Shown in pieces: positions 57,201 to 63,984 of a DNA stretch of 64,000 nucleotides. Under the pieces are notes generated by a model. The model was not told the origin of the DNA. It did not search any database and saw nothing but the letters and a program-made list of their open reading frames with translations. The stretch lies in the IMG/VR virus record IMGVR_UViG_3300034106_004043. The stretch is one strand, 5' to 3'. The position numbers and the translations under genes are program-made. The first letter of the stretch is position 1, and each line of letters begins with the position of its first letter. Origin of the DNA: a virus (lineage: Duplodnaviria > Caudoviricetes).

Positions 57201-60200
57201 CCTGAAGTTCCACTTGAACCGCTAGTTCCCGATGTTCCTGTTGTACCTGAAGTTCCGCTTGTACCTGACGAACCTGAAGTTCCACTTGTTCCTGTAGTAC
57301 CGCTTGTGCCTGATGAACCTGACGTTCCACTCGTACCTGAAGAACCACTAGTTCCCGATGTTCCTGTTGTTCCGCTAGTTCCTGAGGAGCCTGAAGTACC
57401 ACTTGTACCTGAACTACCCGATGTTCCACTTGTTCCTGCAGTACCACTAGTTCCTGACGAACCGCTAGTACCACTCGTTCCTGATGAACCTGATGTTCCT
57501 GAAGTACCACTTGAACCTGAAGTTCCGCTAGTACCTGAAGAACCACTTGTTCCGCTTGTACCTGTTGTACCTGATGTTCCTGAACTTCCCGATGTTCCGC
57601 TAGTTCCCGAAGAACCACTTGTACCTGAGGTACCTGTAGTCCCACTTGTTCCTGAAGAACCTGATGTACCACTTGTACCTGTTGTCCCTGATGAACCACT
57701 AGTTCCAGAAGTTCCACTTGAGCCTGATGTTCCGCTTGTTCCTGAAGAACCTGATGTCCCACTTGTTCCACTTGAACCGCTAGTTCCCGATGTTCCTGTT
57801 GTACCCGAAGTTCCTGATGAACCTGAAGTTCCGCTTGTACCTGTTGTTCCGCTAGTACCTGAAGAACCACTTGTACCTGACGAACCTGAAGTTCCACTTG
57901 TTCCTGAAGAACCACTAGTTCCCGATGTTCCTGTTGTACCCGAAGTTCCTGAACTACCCGAAGTTCCGCTAGTCCCTGTTGTTCCACTTGAACCTGATGT
58001 TCCACTTGTTCCCGAAGTACCACTTGAACCTGACGTTCCGCTAGTTCCTGATGTTCCACTTGTTCCTGTTGTACCGCTAGTTCCTGAAGAACCTGAAGTA
58101 CCACTAGAACCTGAAGTTCCGCTAGTACCACTTGTTCCTGATGAACCTGAAGTTCCACTAGTACCTGTAGTACCTGATGTACCACTAGAGCCACTTGTAC
58201 CCGATGAGCCTGAAGTACCACTTGTACCCGTAGTGCCTGATGTACCACTTGAACCTGAAGTTCCGCTTGTTCCTGACGAACCTGAAGTTCCGCTAGTACC
58301 TGTAGTACCTGATGAACCGCTAGTACCACTTGTTCCTGAACTACCTGAAGTACCACTTGTTCCTGTAGTACCGCTAGTTCCTGAAGAACCTGATGTACCA
58401 CTCGTACCTGAAGAACCCGAAGTTCCGCTAGTACCCGATGAACCTGAAGTTCCACTTGTTCCTGTAGTACCGCTAGTTCCTGACGAACCCGAAGTTCCGC
58501 TAGTTCCTGATGTTCCTGAAGAACCGCTAGTTCCACTTGAACCCGATGTTCCACTCGTACCCGATGAGCCTGAAGTACCACTTGTTCCTGTAGTACCACT
58601 TGTTCCCGATGAACCTGATGTTCCGCTTGTGCCTGAAGAGCCTGATGTTCCGCTTGTTCCCGTAGTACCTGATGTCCCACTAGAACCTGAAGTTCCGCTA
58701 GTCCCTGATGAACCCGAGGTACCTGAAGTACCACTTGTTCCTGAAGAACCTGACGTACCACTCGTACCTGTAGTTCCAGATGTGCCTGAAGAACCACTTG
58801 TACCACTACTTCCTGATGTTCCTGAAGAACCGCTAGTACCCGATGTACCCGAGCTACCTGATGTACCGCTCGTACCCGATGAGCCTGAACTACCACTTGT
58901 ACCTGAACTACCACTTGAGCCAGATGTACCATCACTACCACTAGACCCTGAACTTCCTGACGTGCCACTTGAACCTGAAGTTCCTGATGAACCAGTTAAA
59001 CCAGAACTACCTGATGAACCTGAACTACCAGTAGAACCTGATGTACCACTACTTCCTGAAGAACCTGTTGTTCCACTTGTACCACTAGTACCACTAGTAC
59101 CAGCACTTCCTGAAGAACCTGAAGAACCTGTTGTTCCACTTGTACCACTAGTACCTGCACTTCCTGAAGAACCTGATGTTCCACTAGTACCATTAGTTCC
59201 TGAAGTACCCGAACTTCCCGAAGAACCAGATGTACCTGTAGTCCCACTAGTTCCTGATGTTCCTGAAGAACCAGAACTTCCCGATGAACCACTTGTTCCT
59301 GTTGTTCCACTAGTACCTGAACTGCCACTTGAACCATTTACCCCACTACTACCTGAACTACCACTTGAACCACTAATTCCTGAAGAACCTGATGTTCCCG
59401 ATGAACCACTTGTTCCGCTTTCACCTGATGTTCCTGACGAACCACTTGTCCCGCTTTGTCCTGATGTTCCACTTGAACCACTTGTCCCGCTTTGTCCTGA
59501 TGTTCCACTTGAACCTGTTAATCCACTACTACCTGACGAACCTGTTGAGCCAGAGCTACCACTAGTACCAGTACTACCTGATGTACCCGATGAACCACTT
59601 GAACCTGAACTTCCCGATGAACCACTTGAACCTGAAGTTCCTGAACTTCCGCTTGTACCAGAACTTCCCGAAGAACCTGACGTTCCACTTGTTCCCACAC
59701 TTCCTGAAGAACCTGAGGAGCCAGATGTTCCTGATGTACCCGAAGAACCTCCAGTACCTGATAGTCCTGATGAACCACTTGTACCTGATGTTCCACTTGC
59801 ACCATCAACACCATTAATACCTGATGTTCCAGCACTACCTGAACTACCGCTAGTTCCAGTACTTCCCGAAGAACCGCTATCCCCTGATGAACCAGACGTT
59901 CCACTTGTTCCTGATGTACCCGCAGAACCAGAACTACCTGATGAACCAGAACTACCTGAAGTTCCACTTGTACCTGCTGAACCTGAAGAACCAGAGCTAC
60001 CTGAAGAACCACTTGTACCCGCAGAACCTGATGTTCCAGAACTACCATTAGAACCAGATGCCGTAATACCTGTTACAGAAATAATAGTTCCATCACTATT
60101 ATATAATTCTAATGTACTTGTACCTGAAAAATAAGTACCACCCGTTAATTCAGTACCTTGAGCAAAAACTCTCCATCTCGCATTTTCTCTTGTAACACCA

Positions 60201-60676
60201 CTAACACCTTCAATAGTTGAGCCTGTCCAAGCATTAATAAATGCCTGACCTTCAGGTGTATTATTCTTTATAATAGTTTCGTAAGATAATTGAGTTACAG
60301 AATTAGCACTTACTGCAGCATCCCATAAATCATTGTAATTGTCTATTTGATATTGATATGCCGTTTCAGTTTCATTAACCCAAACAATCATACCCAATCT
60401 TCTTCTACCCGAAGAGAAATTGTCAGAATTTAAAGTTAAATATGTTGGAGAAAATGTACCGTTACCAATGTTAATATTAATAGGTATATTATTAACACTT
60501 AATTGTTGTTGTCCTTGCCCACTAAATGTTAAACCTAAATTAGTAAGGTATGCCGCCTCTTGCCATCCACCAACATTTAAAACATTAAAATTGGTTCCGT
60601 ATGGACTTGTTCTCGCTACACTGAAAGGTCCTGTAATTTGGGACGCACTTATTGGATTTTGATACGGTATTGCCAT
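48269..60676 (-). CDS. giant Gly-X-Y repeat protein (4135 aa; X and Y mostly Ser/Thr), putative fibre
   Basis: Unique N-terminal domain of about 205 aa, then about 3760 aa of GSS/GTS/GST/GSA/GSV triplets with no Pro, a unique domain of about 110 aa, a short second repeat and a short C-terminus. Co-oriented with its neighbours and has an ATG start. Confidence 0.85.
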   Translation of the reverse strand: MAIPYQNPISASQITGPFSVARTSPYGTNFNVLNVGGWQEAAYLTNLGLTFSGQGQQQLSVNNIPININIGNGTFSPTYLTLNSDNFSSGRRRLGMIVWVNETETAYQYQIDNYNDLWDAAVSANSVTQLSYETIIKNNTPEGQAFINAWTGSTIEGVSGVTRENARWRVFAQGTELTGGTYFSGTSTLELYNSDGTIISVTGITASGSNGSSGTSGSAGTSGSSGSSGSSGSAGTSGTSGSSGSSGSSGSAGTSGTSGTSGSSGDSGSSGSTGTSGSSGSAGTSGINGVDGASGTSGTSGSSGLSGTGGSSGTSGTSGSSGSSGSVGTSGTSGSSGSSGTSGSSGTSGSSGSSGSSGSSGSSGTSGSTGTSGSSGSTGSSGSSGLTGSSGTSGQSGTSGSSGTSGQSGTSGSSGTSGESGTSGSSGTSGSSGISGSSGSSGSSGVNGSSGSSGTSGTTGTSGSSGSSGSSGTSGTSGTTGTSGSSGSSGTSGTNGTSGTSGSSGSAGTSGTSGTTGSSGSSGSAGTSGTSGTSGTTGSSGSSGTSGSTGSSGSSGSSGLTGSSGTSGSSGTSGSSGSSGSDGTSGSSGSSGTSGSSGSSGTSGTSGSSGTSGTSGSSGTSGSSGTSGSSGTSGTTGTSGTSGSSGTSGTSGTSGSSGTSGTSGSSGTSGTTGTSGTSGSSGTSGTSGSSGTSGTTGTSGTSGSSGTSGTSGSSGTSGSSGTSGTSGTSGSSGTSGTTGTSGTSGSSGTSGTSGSSGTSGTSGSSGTSGTTGTSGTSGSSGTSGTSGSSGTTGTSGTSGSSGTSGTSGSSGTSGTTGTSGTSGSSGTSGSSGTSGTTGTSGTSGSSGTSGTSGTSGSSGTSGSSGTSGTTGTSGTSGTSGTSGSSGTSGTSGTSGSSGTTGTSGTSGSSGTSGTTGTSGTSGSSGTSGTSGSSGTSGSSGTSGTTGTSGTSGSSGTSGTTGTSGTSGSSGTSGTSGSSGTSGTSGSSGTSGTSGSSGTTGTSGTSGSSGTSGTTGTSGTSGSSGTSGTSGSSGTSGTTGTSGTSGSSGTSGTSGSSGTSGTSGSSGTSGTSGSSGTSGTAGTSGTSGSSGTSGTSGSSGTSGTTGTSGTSGSSGTSGTSGSSGTSGTTGTSGTSGSSGTSGTSGTTGTSGTSGSSGTSGSSGSSGTAGTSGTSGSSGTSGSSGTTGTSGTSGSSGSSGSSGSSGTSGSSGSVGTSGTSGTSGSSGSSGSAGTSGSVGTSGTSGSSGSSGSSGSTGSSGTSGSSGSSGSSGSTGSRGTSGTSGSSGSVGTSGTSGSVGTSGTSGTSGSSGSSGSAGSSGTSGSSGSTGSSGSTGTSGSSGTSGSTGTSGSSGTSGSVGTSGTSGSSGSVGTSGTSGSSGSVGTSGSSGTNGTSGTSGSSGSSGSVGTSGTSGTSGTSGSSGSSGNSGSSGTSGTSGSTGSSGSSGSSGSVGTSGTSGSSGSSGSAGSSGTSGTSGSSGSTGSSGTSGSSGSVGTSGSSGSTGTSGSSGSSGTSGSSGSTGSSGSSGSSGSSGSSGSTGTSGSAGTSGSSGSSGSSGSAGSSGSTGTSGSSGSAGSSGSSGTSGSSGTSGTSGSSGSTGSSGSSGSTGSRGTSGTSGTSGTSGSSGSSGTSGSSGTSGANGSSGSSGSSGSAGSSGSVGTSGSSGSSGSVGTSGSSGTSGSSGSSGSSGSSGSAGTSGSVGTSGSSGSSGSSGSSGSSGSTGSRGTSGTSGTSGSSGSTGTSGTSGSTGTSGTSGSTGTSGTSGSTGSSGSSGTSGSVGTSGSSGSSGSTGTSGTSGSTGTSGSSGSSGSSGTSGITGSSGSSGSSGSVGTSGTSGSSGSSGSAGSSGSTGTSGTSGSSGSSGSSGSSGSVGTSGSSGSVGTSGTSGSSGSVGTSGTSGSSGSVGTSGTSGTSGSSGSSGSSGSVGTSGSSGTSGSSGSSGSTGSSGSSGSSGTSGANGSSGTSGSSGSSGSSGSAGSSGSSGSVGTSGSSGTSGTSGSSGSSGSSGSVGTSGSSGTSGSSGSSGSSGSSGSSGSTGSRGTSGSSGTSGSSGTSGSVGTSGTSGSTGTSGSSGSVGTSGTSGSSGSTGSSGTSGSSGSSGSSGSTGSSGSSGTSGSSGSSGTSGSSGSVGTSGSSGSSGSSGSSGSTGSSGTSGNSGSSGSSGSSGSSGSVGTSGTSGSVGTSGTSGSSGSSGSTGSSGTSGSSGSTGSSGSSGSTGTSGSSGTSGSSGSSGSAGTSGSSGSVGTSGSSGSSGSSGSVGTSGSSGSSGSAGSSGSVGTSGTSGSSGSSGSSGSVGTSGTSGSSGTSGSSGSSGTSGSSGSSGSSGSSGSSGSSGSTGSRGTSGTSGTSGSVGTSGSSGSSGTSGSSGSSGSAGTSGSVGTSGTSGSSGSSGSSGSVGTSGSSGTSGSSGSSGSAGSSGSTGSSGSAGSAGTSGVNGSSGTSGSAGSSGSSGSSGSSGSVGTSGTSGSSGSAGSSGSSGSVGTSGSSGTSGSSGSSGSAGSSGSSGTSGSSGSSGSTGSRGTSGTSGSSGSVGTSGTSGSVGSSGSSGTSGSVGTSGTSGSSGSSGSAGSSGSTGTSGSSGSTGTSGSSGSSGSSGSSGSTGTSGTSGSSGSSGSSGSSGSAGTSGSSGSSGSSGSSGSSGTSGTSGSSGTSGSSGSSGSTGSSGSSGTSGSSGTSGSSGSSGSTGSSGSSGSSGSSGSTGSRGTSGTSGSSGTSGTSGTSGSSGTSGTSGSVGTSGTSGSSGSSGSVGTSGTSGTSGSVGTSGTSGSSGSVGTSGSSGSTGSSGSSGSTGTSGSAGSSGSSGSSGSSGSTGTSGSSGTSGSSGSSGSTGSSGTSGSVGTSGTSGTSGSTGSSGSSGSSGSSGSTGTSGSSGSSGTSGSSGSSGSSGSSGSSGSSGSTGSRGTSGTSGTSGSSGTSGSNGTSGSSGSSGSSGSSGSVGTSGSSGLSGVDGTNGTSGSSGNSGTSGTSGSSGSSGSSGSSGSSGSTGSRGTSGTSGTSGSSGSSGSAGTSGSVGTSGSSGSAGSSGSSGSSGTSGSSGTSGSSGSSGSTGSSGSSGSVGTSGSSGSSGSSGSSGSSGTSGANGSSGTSGSSGSSGSSGSSGSAGTSGANGSSGTSGSSGSSGSVGTSGSSGSSGSSGSSGSAGTSGSSGSSGSSGSSGSTGSRGTSGTSGTSGSSGSSGSSGSSGTSGTNGSSGTSGSSGSSGSAGSSGSSGTSGANGSSGTSGSSGSSGSAGSSGSSGSTGTSGSSGSSGSTGSSGSSGTSGSSGSSGSSGSSGSAGSSGTSGANGSSGTSGSSGSSGSSGSSGSSGSVGTSGSSGSSGSSGSSGSTGSRGTSGSSGTSGTSGTSGSSGSSGSSGTSGSNGSSGTSGSSGSSGSSGSSGSSGSSGTSGANGSSGTSGSSGSSGSSGSTGSSGSAGTSGANGSSGTSGSSGSSGSAGSSGSSGSSGTSGVNGSSGTSGTSGSSGSSGSSGSSGSAGTSGANGSSGTSGSSGSSGTSGSSGSSGSSGSSGSSGSSGASGSSGTSGSSGSSGSSGSSGSAGTSGSVGTSGSSGSAGSSGSSGSSGSSGSTGSRGTSGTSGTSGSSGSTGTSGSSGTSGSSGSTGSSGSSGSAGTSGSVGTSGSSGSAGSSGSSGNTGSSGTSGSSGTSGSSGSSGSSGSSGNSGSSGTSGSSGTSGSSGSSGSSGSSGSSGSAGSSGTSGSSGTSGSSGSSGSSGSSGSSGSTGSRGTSGTSGSSGSSGTSGSSGTSGSGGSSGSSGSSGNTGSSGTSGSSGTSGSSGSAGSSGSSGNTGSSGTSGSSGTSGSSGSSGSSGSTGTSGSSGTSGSSGSSGSSGNTGSSGTSGSSGTSGSSGSSGSSGSSGSSGITGSSGTSGSSGSAGSSGSSGSGSSGTSGLDGISGTSGSSGFGSSGTSGSSGTSGSSGSSGSSGTSGSSGSSGSSGSSGTSGSSGSSGSSGSSGSSGSTGSRGTSGSSGTSGSQGNKGGLQYQYGGGTGGAPASGQFTYQGAGVAVYDLKFDVVTADSADLSDYFLNLVGTQGIVYLIFNLNGSNKIDIYYFNNVSVSGSDYLFTGALYTNGGDTTLTVNDVCAVTIIVNGTSGTSGSSGTSGSSGITGSSGTSGAAGAAGGTFTLGLVYTTANNFNFI
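48770..60060 (-). repeat. 9-nt-period low-complexity coding repeat (about 1250 Gly-X-Y triplets)
   Basis: On the plus strand, a CC dinucleotide recurs every 9 nt for about 11.3 kb; synonymous codons vary between units. Confidence 0.95.
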
Positions 60677-60705
60677 TTTTTTACTTACTAATAATTATCT
60701 TTTTT

Positions 60706-61914
60706 TTAGGTTTTATACACCCCTTTGAAATAATAATTATTTTTATCAGGAAGTTTTGGAGGTAACAATCCATCGTTAGACAAGTATAATACTCTATAAA
60801 TCCCCGCAGGTATTGCTCCACCTGGAGTTATTGTAATATCCCCAACCGAAATTTTAGGGTCAGGAGTTGCTAAAATATCAAAGTCACAAGGTTGTGATTG
60901 ATAACCAACATTTACTGTCATGTTATTTAAACTTTCATCAACACCCGCAAGTGGTATCCAAATCGTATACATGTACTGTAAACTAGTGTTAATAACACTA
61001 TTATCAACTTCAATTGTTTCAAAAGTATATTGGTTAATTAAACATCCAAATCTATCGTTAATTGTATTTGAAAATTGATTTATCGCACCTTTTAAATTTG
61101 TAGGTTTAACAAAGTTTCCTGTTCCACCTGTAAATCCTGAGTATGATGCGTATTTGTTCATCATATAACTGTAGTTTGGACTTGTTGGTAATGGAAGTGC
61201 TCCCGAATTACCCCATCCGTACCAATTAACACTAGTATCAGGTGTTATACCGTCCGATAAGTAATACATATAACTTCCTAATCCATATAACGAACCACTT
61301 CCCGAAGAATCTTGCGGTTCCGCAAATACGTAAGCGTAATATAGAGGTGTTGTAATTGATGGTGTTGGGGTAAATGTTGGTGTTGGTGTAGTTGTTGGCG
61401 TAGGTGTTGATGTTGCTGTCGGTGTTAAAGATAGAGTTGGTGTAACACTTGGAGTAATTGATGGTGTTGGAGTTGGTGTTGCCGGTAGAGCAGGTGCGTT
61501 ACAACAAGGTCTATCAATAATGTAAGGATTATTAGTCGGATAAGAGTAAGAGTTTAAACTAAAACTACTAAGAACACTTACATAAATTTTTTGAGGTAGT
61601 GGTATAATAACAATACCCTGAGATGATTGTTTTAAAAACTGAACTAAAAACTTACCTTCATTTTTTGTTTCTCTACTTGTGAATTGATAGTTCACATAAT
61701 AAGTAATATCTAAAGGATTAACAGTAGACGCACTTGTTGTAATATAACATTCTTTAGACGCTACAACATATTTCTTATTAAATTCGTCATATACCGAAAT
61801 TAAAATTGTATTACCCGAAATATTTTCATTTAAACCAAAATCACTTCTCCCGTCTTTTGATATCTCAACTTGGAAAACTGGTAACGTTGAATTTTTCTTA
61901 ATAAACCATTCCAT
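60706..61914 (-). CDS. putative structural protein: BppU-like N-terminal domain, Pro-Thr linker, unknown C-terminal domain
   Basis: MEWFIKKNSTLPV...YQFTSRETKNEGKFLVQF, shared with the upstream gene; TPTPTPS linker. ATG at 61914. Confidence 0.7.
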   Translation of the reverse strand: MEWFIKKNSTLPVFQVEISKDGRSDFGLNENISGNTILISVYDEFNKKYVVASKECYITTSASTVNPLDITYYVNYQFTSRETKNEGKFLVQFLKQSSQGIVIIPLPQKIYVSVLSSFSLNSYSYPTNNPYIIDRPCCNAPALPATPTPTPSITPSVTPTLSLTPTATSTPTPTTTPTPTFTPTPSITTPLYYAYVFAEPQDSSGSGSLYGLGSYMYYLSDGITPDTSVNWYGWGNSGALPLPTSPNYSYMMNKYASYSGFTGGTGNFVKPTNLKGAINQFSNTINDRFGCLINQYTFETIEVDNSVINTSLQYMYTIWIPLAGVDESLNNMTVNVGYQSQPCDFDILATPDPKISVGDITITPGGAIPAGIYRVLYLSNDGLLPPKLPDKNNYYFKGVYKT

Positions 61915-61915
61915 A

Positions 61916-62284
61916 TTAAATAGATACGTAACTATTACCAATTTTTATCGTTAGTTTTTCTCTGATTGGTAAAATATAAGTTCCTGTATCAGTGATAAAA
62001 ACAAACTCTCCTTCATAAAGTCCCTCTCTACTTGTATCGCTTGAAGTGAATTTATAATAAACATAGTATTCTGTCTCAGCATTTGGGTCAATAAATGTCT
62101 TTTCAACAAACCCTCCTTTCTTATTCAGAATTTTGTAACCCCCTGTTTTAACATCTATCATGGAAAAATAAATCAACGAGTTTTCTATCAGTGACATAAA
62201 CTCTGTTATGTCAGCAATACCATCTTTAACCACTTGCATTTTAAGAACAGGCAGTGTTGCACCTTTGTTAATAAAAAATTCCAT
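61916..62284 (-). CDS. putative structural protein, stand-alone BppU-like Ig domain
   Basis: MEFFINKGATLPVL...YKFTSSDTSREGLYEGEF...ILP; paralogous to the N-terminus of 60706..61914. Confidence 0.7.
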   Translation of the reverse strand: MEFFINKGATLPVLKMQVVKDGIADITEFMSLIENSLIYFSMIDVKTGGYKILNKKGGFVEKTFIDPNAETEYYVYYKFTSSDTSREGLYEGEFVFITDTGTYILPIREKLTIKIGNSYVSI

Positions 62285-62313
62285 TAATAGTTTTTTAAAT
62301 AAATATCAAAAAA

Positions 62314-63984
62314 TCAACATTCTTTCCTTAAATTACTATCATAATGTTCAAATCTATTATGTTCGGTAGGTGTGAGTAATAAAATACCTGGTTTTAATTT
62401 ACCTTTAATTGTGTTTTGGAAGTTGTGAGACATTAAAGTTTGTTCATACGGGTGTTGATATTTTGTCTCCAAATAACATTTATAACTCCCACTTTTTGAA
62501 AGAATTATCGGCCAATTACACAAATAGATTTCCCCTGACGCATAAGGTAAACCCTTATGTGTTTTTATCTCGTTGAATTTTGTTTTTGGAGCGTTCGGGT
62601 CTAATCCCTGTTGAGGTAGTTTTGGATTTTTTGGCCAATGTTGTTCTCTGAAATTTTGTGGTACATTATACCAACTCCATTGAGTACTATTATCACCATA
62701 AAACTCTGAAAAATTTAATTTTAAAAAATCAAAGTTTTCTTTATTAACTATCTCTAAACTTTTTTGATATAGATTACTTGCATACCTATTAAACCCATTT
62801 CTACACACTTCATTTTTTTGTGAATAAAAAAACATATCATCCTCAAAGAATAACATATAGTCCAACCCTGTTTCATCAAAATGTTCCGCAGTCCATTGTC
62901 TTCCACCTGTAATACCTATGTTATCTTTTTTAATATGTTCAAAATCATATTCTTTACAAAGTCTCAAGTATTCTTCTGTTGTTGATAGGTCAGTTGAGTT
63001 ATCCAATAAAAATTTCTTTGGTCTGTCTAAGAAATCCCTATCATATTCAATCATAGATTTAATTAATGTTTCAAATTGTTTTGGAGAATTGAATGTTATT
63101 ACATACAATGCAACTTTATCCATATCTAAGTCATTTTGAATTTTAACAAACTCTGTCTTTTTAACTAAAACATCATCTTTTAAATCCTCAAAGAATTTTC
63201 CAAATAAACCATTATATTCAATTTCAAAATAATTTATATATTCACTTAACTTATAAACCATTATTGAAAATATTGACTCCTCAGTTCCCATATACCCACT
63301 TGATAATGTATCATTCAATAGGTTATAGTATTCACCATTCATCTGTGATATGGTTTCTTTTGGTCCCCCAAAAAACCCACCTCGAGCAACTTTCTTCACA
63401 TCATCTTCAGCCCATTCATTAATCTTTGGATATGAAAATCCGTGTATCTCATTACTTGCGTCGTATGGAAAACAAACAAATGTAAACTTATCAATATACT
63501 TACTTAAATTATTTAAAACCTTATCGTGTGTGAAATATCCGGGATGAACAGTATTTGTAAGACCCGCATCAATCCAAAATAAAAACTCTGAATTAAATCT
63601 ATCAAAAATCCTTGCGTCGTTTAATAAAAACATTTTTGACATAACAAGTGGATTATACATTTCTAATCTACCTTGTGTTGATTCCTTTAACCAACCTGAT
63701 TGATTATACCATTCGGGATTGTTTCTGATTTGTTGTATTTTATTATAAAAGTCATTTTCAACAAACCAACTTTTATCTCTTAAAATAAATTGTGTATTAC
63801 TTTGGTCTCTTTTTTCCCAAACAAAATCTTCCAATTCTTTTTCACCAAAAATTATTAAGTTTTCTTCAACTTTTAATAGTTGTTCAAATTTTTCTAAATA
63901 ATGTGAAAAAGAACGAGACCAACCTTCTTCAAGATTTTCTCTACCAATATTCCACAATCCTGTAACTAATGTAATATTACTCAT
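62314..63984 (-). CDS. HtrL/YibB (WlaTC)-family glycosyltransferase fused to a GT-A-like domain
   Basis: ITLVTGLWNIGR, FWIDAG, GGFFGG and GTEESI (HtrL type). Second domain has YVITFN..., LDNSTD and FFEDDM. Confidence 0.7.
   Translation of the reverse strand: MSNITLVTGLWNIGRENLEEGWSRSFSHYLEKFEQLLKVEENLIIFGEKELEDFVWEKRDQSNTQFILRDKSWFVENDFYNKIQQIRNNPEWYNQSGWLKESTQGRLEMYNPLVMSKMFLLNDARIFDRFNSEFLFWIDAGLTNTVHPGYFTHDKVLNNLSKYIDKFTFVCFPYDASNEIHGFSYPKINEWAEDDVKKVARGGFFGGPKETISQMNGEYYNLLNDTLSSGYMGTEESIFSIMVYKLSEYINYFEIEYNGLFGKFFEDLKDDVLVKKTEFVKIQNDLDMDKVALYVITFNSPKQFETLIKSMIEYDRDFLDRPKKFLLDNSTDLSTTEEYLRLCKEYDFEHIKKDNIGITGGRQWTAEHFDETGLDYMLFFEDDMFFYSQKNEVCRNGFNRYASNLYQKSLEIVNKENFDFLKLNFSEFYGDNSTQWSWYNVPQNFREQHWPKNPKLPQQGLDPNAPKTKFNEIKTHKGLPYASGEIYLCNWPIILSKSGSYKCYLETKYQHPYEQTLMSHNFQNTIKGKLKPGILLLTPTEHNRFEHYDSNLRKEC

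Noticed and set aside
48676-60048. Many Val/Gln/Leu/His-rich ORFs (60-666 aa) in the other frames of the repeat
   Set aside because: Frame-shifted readings of the same 9-nt repeat; no independent coding signal.
48770-60060. CRISPR array or satellite DNA
   Set aside because: No constant 25-45-nt repeat with unique spacers; variation falls at synonymous positions, as expected for coding sequence.
48780-60134. 3784-aa Pro/Glu/Leu/Val/Asp ORF on the plus strand
   Set aside because: Shadow of the giant gene. In that frame Gly gives Pro, Ser(TCN) gives Asp/Glu, Ser(AGY) gives Leu and Thr gives Val. A stop would need a sense Tyr, His or Gln codon, and these are almost absent. It has no unique domains and runs against the operon.
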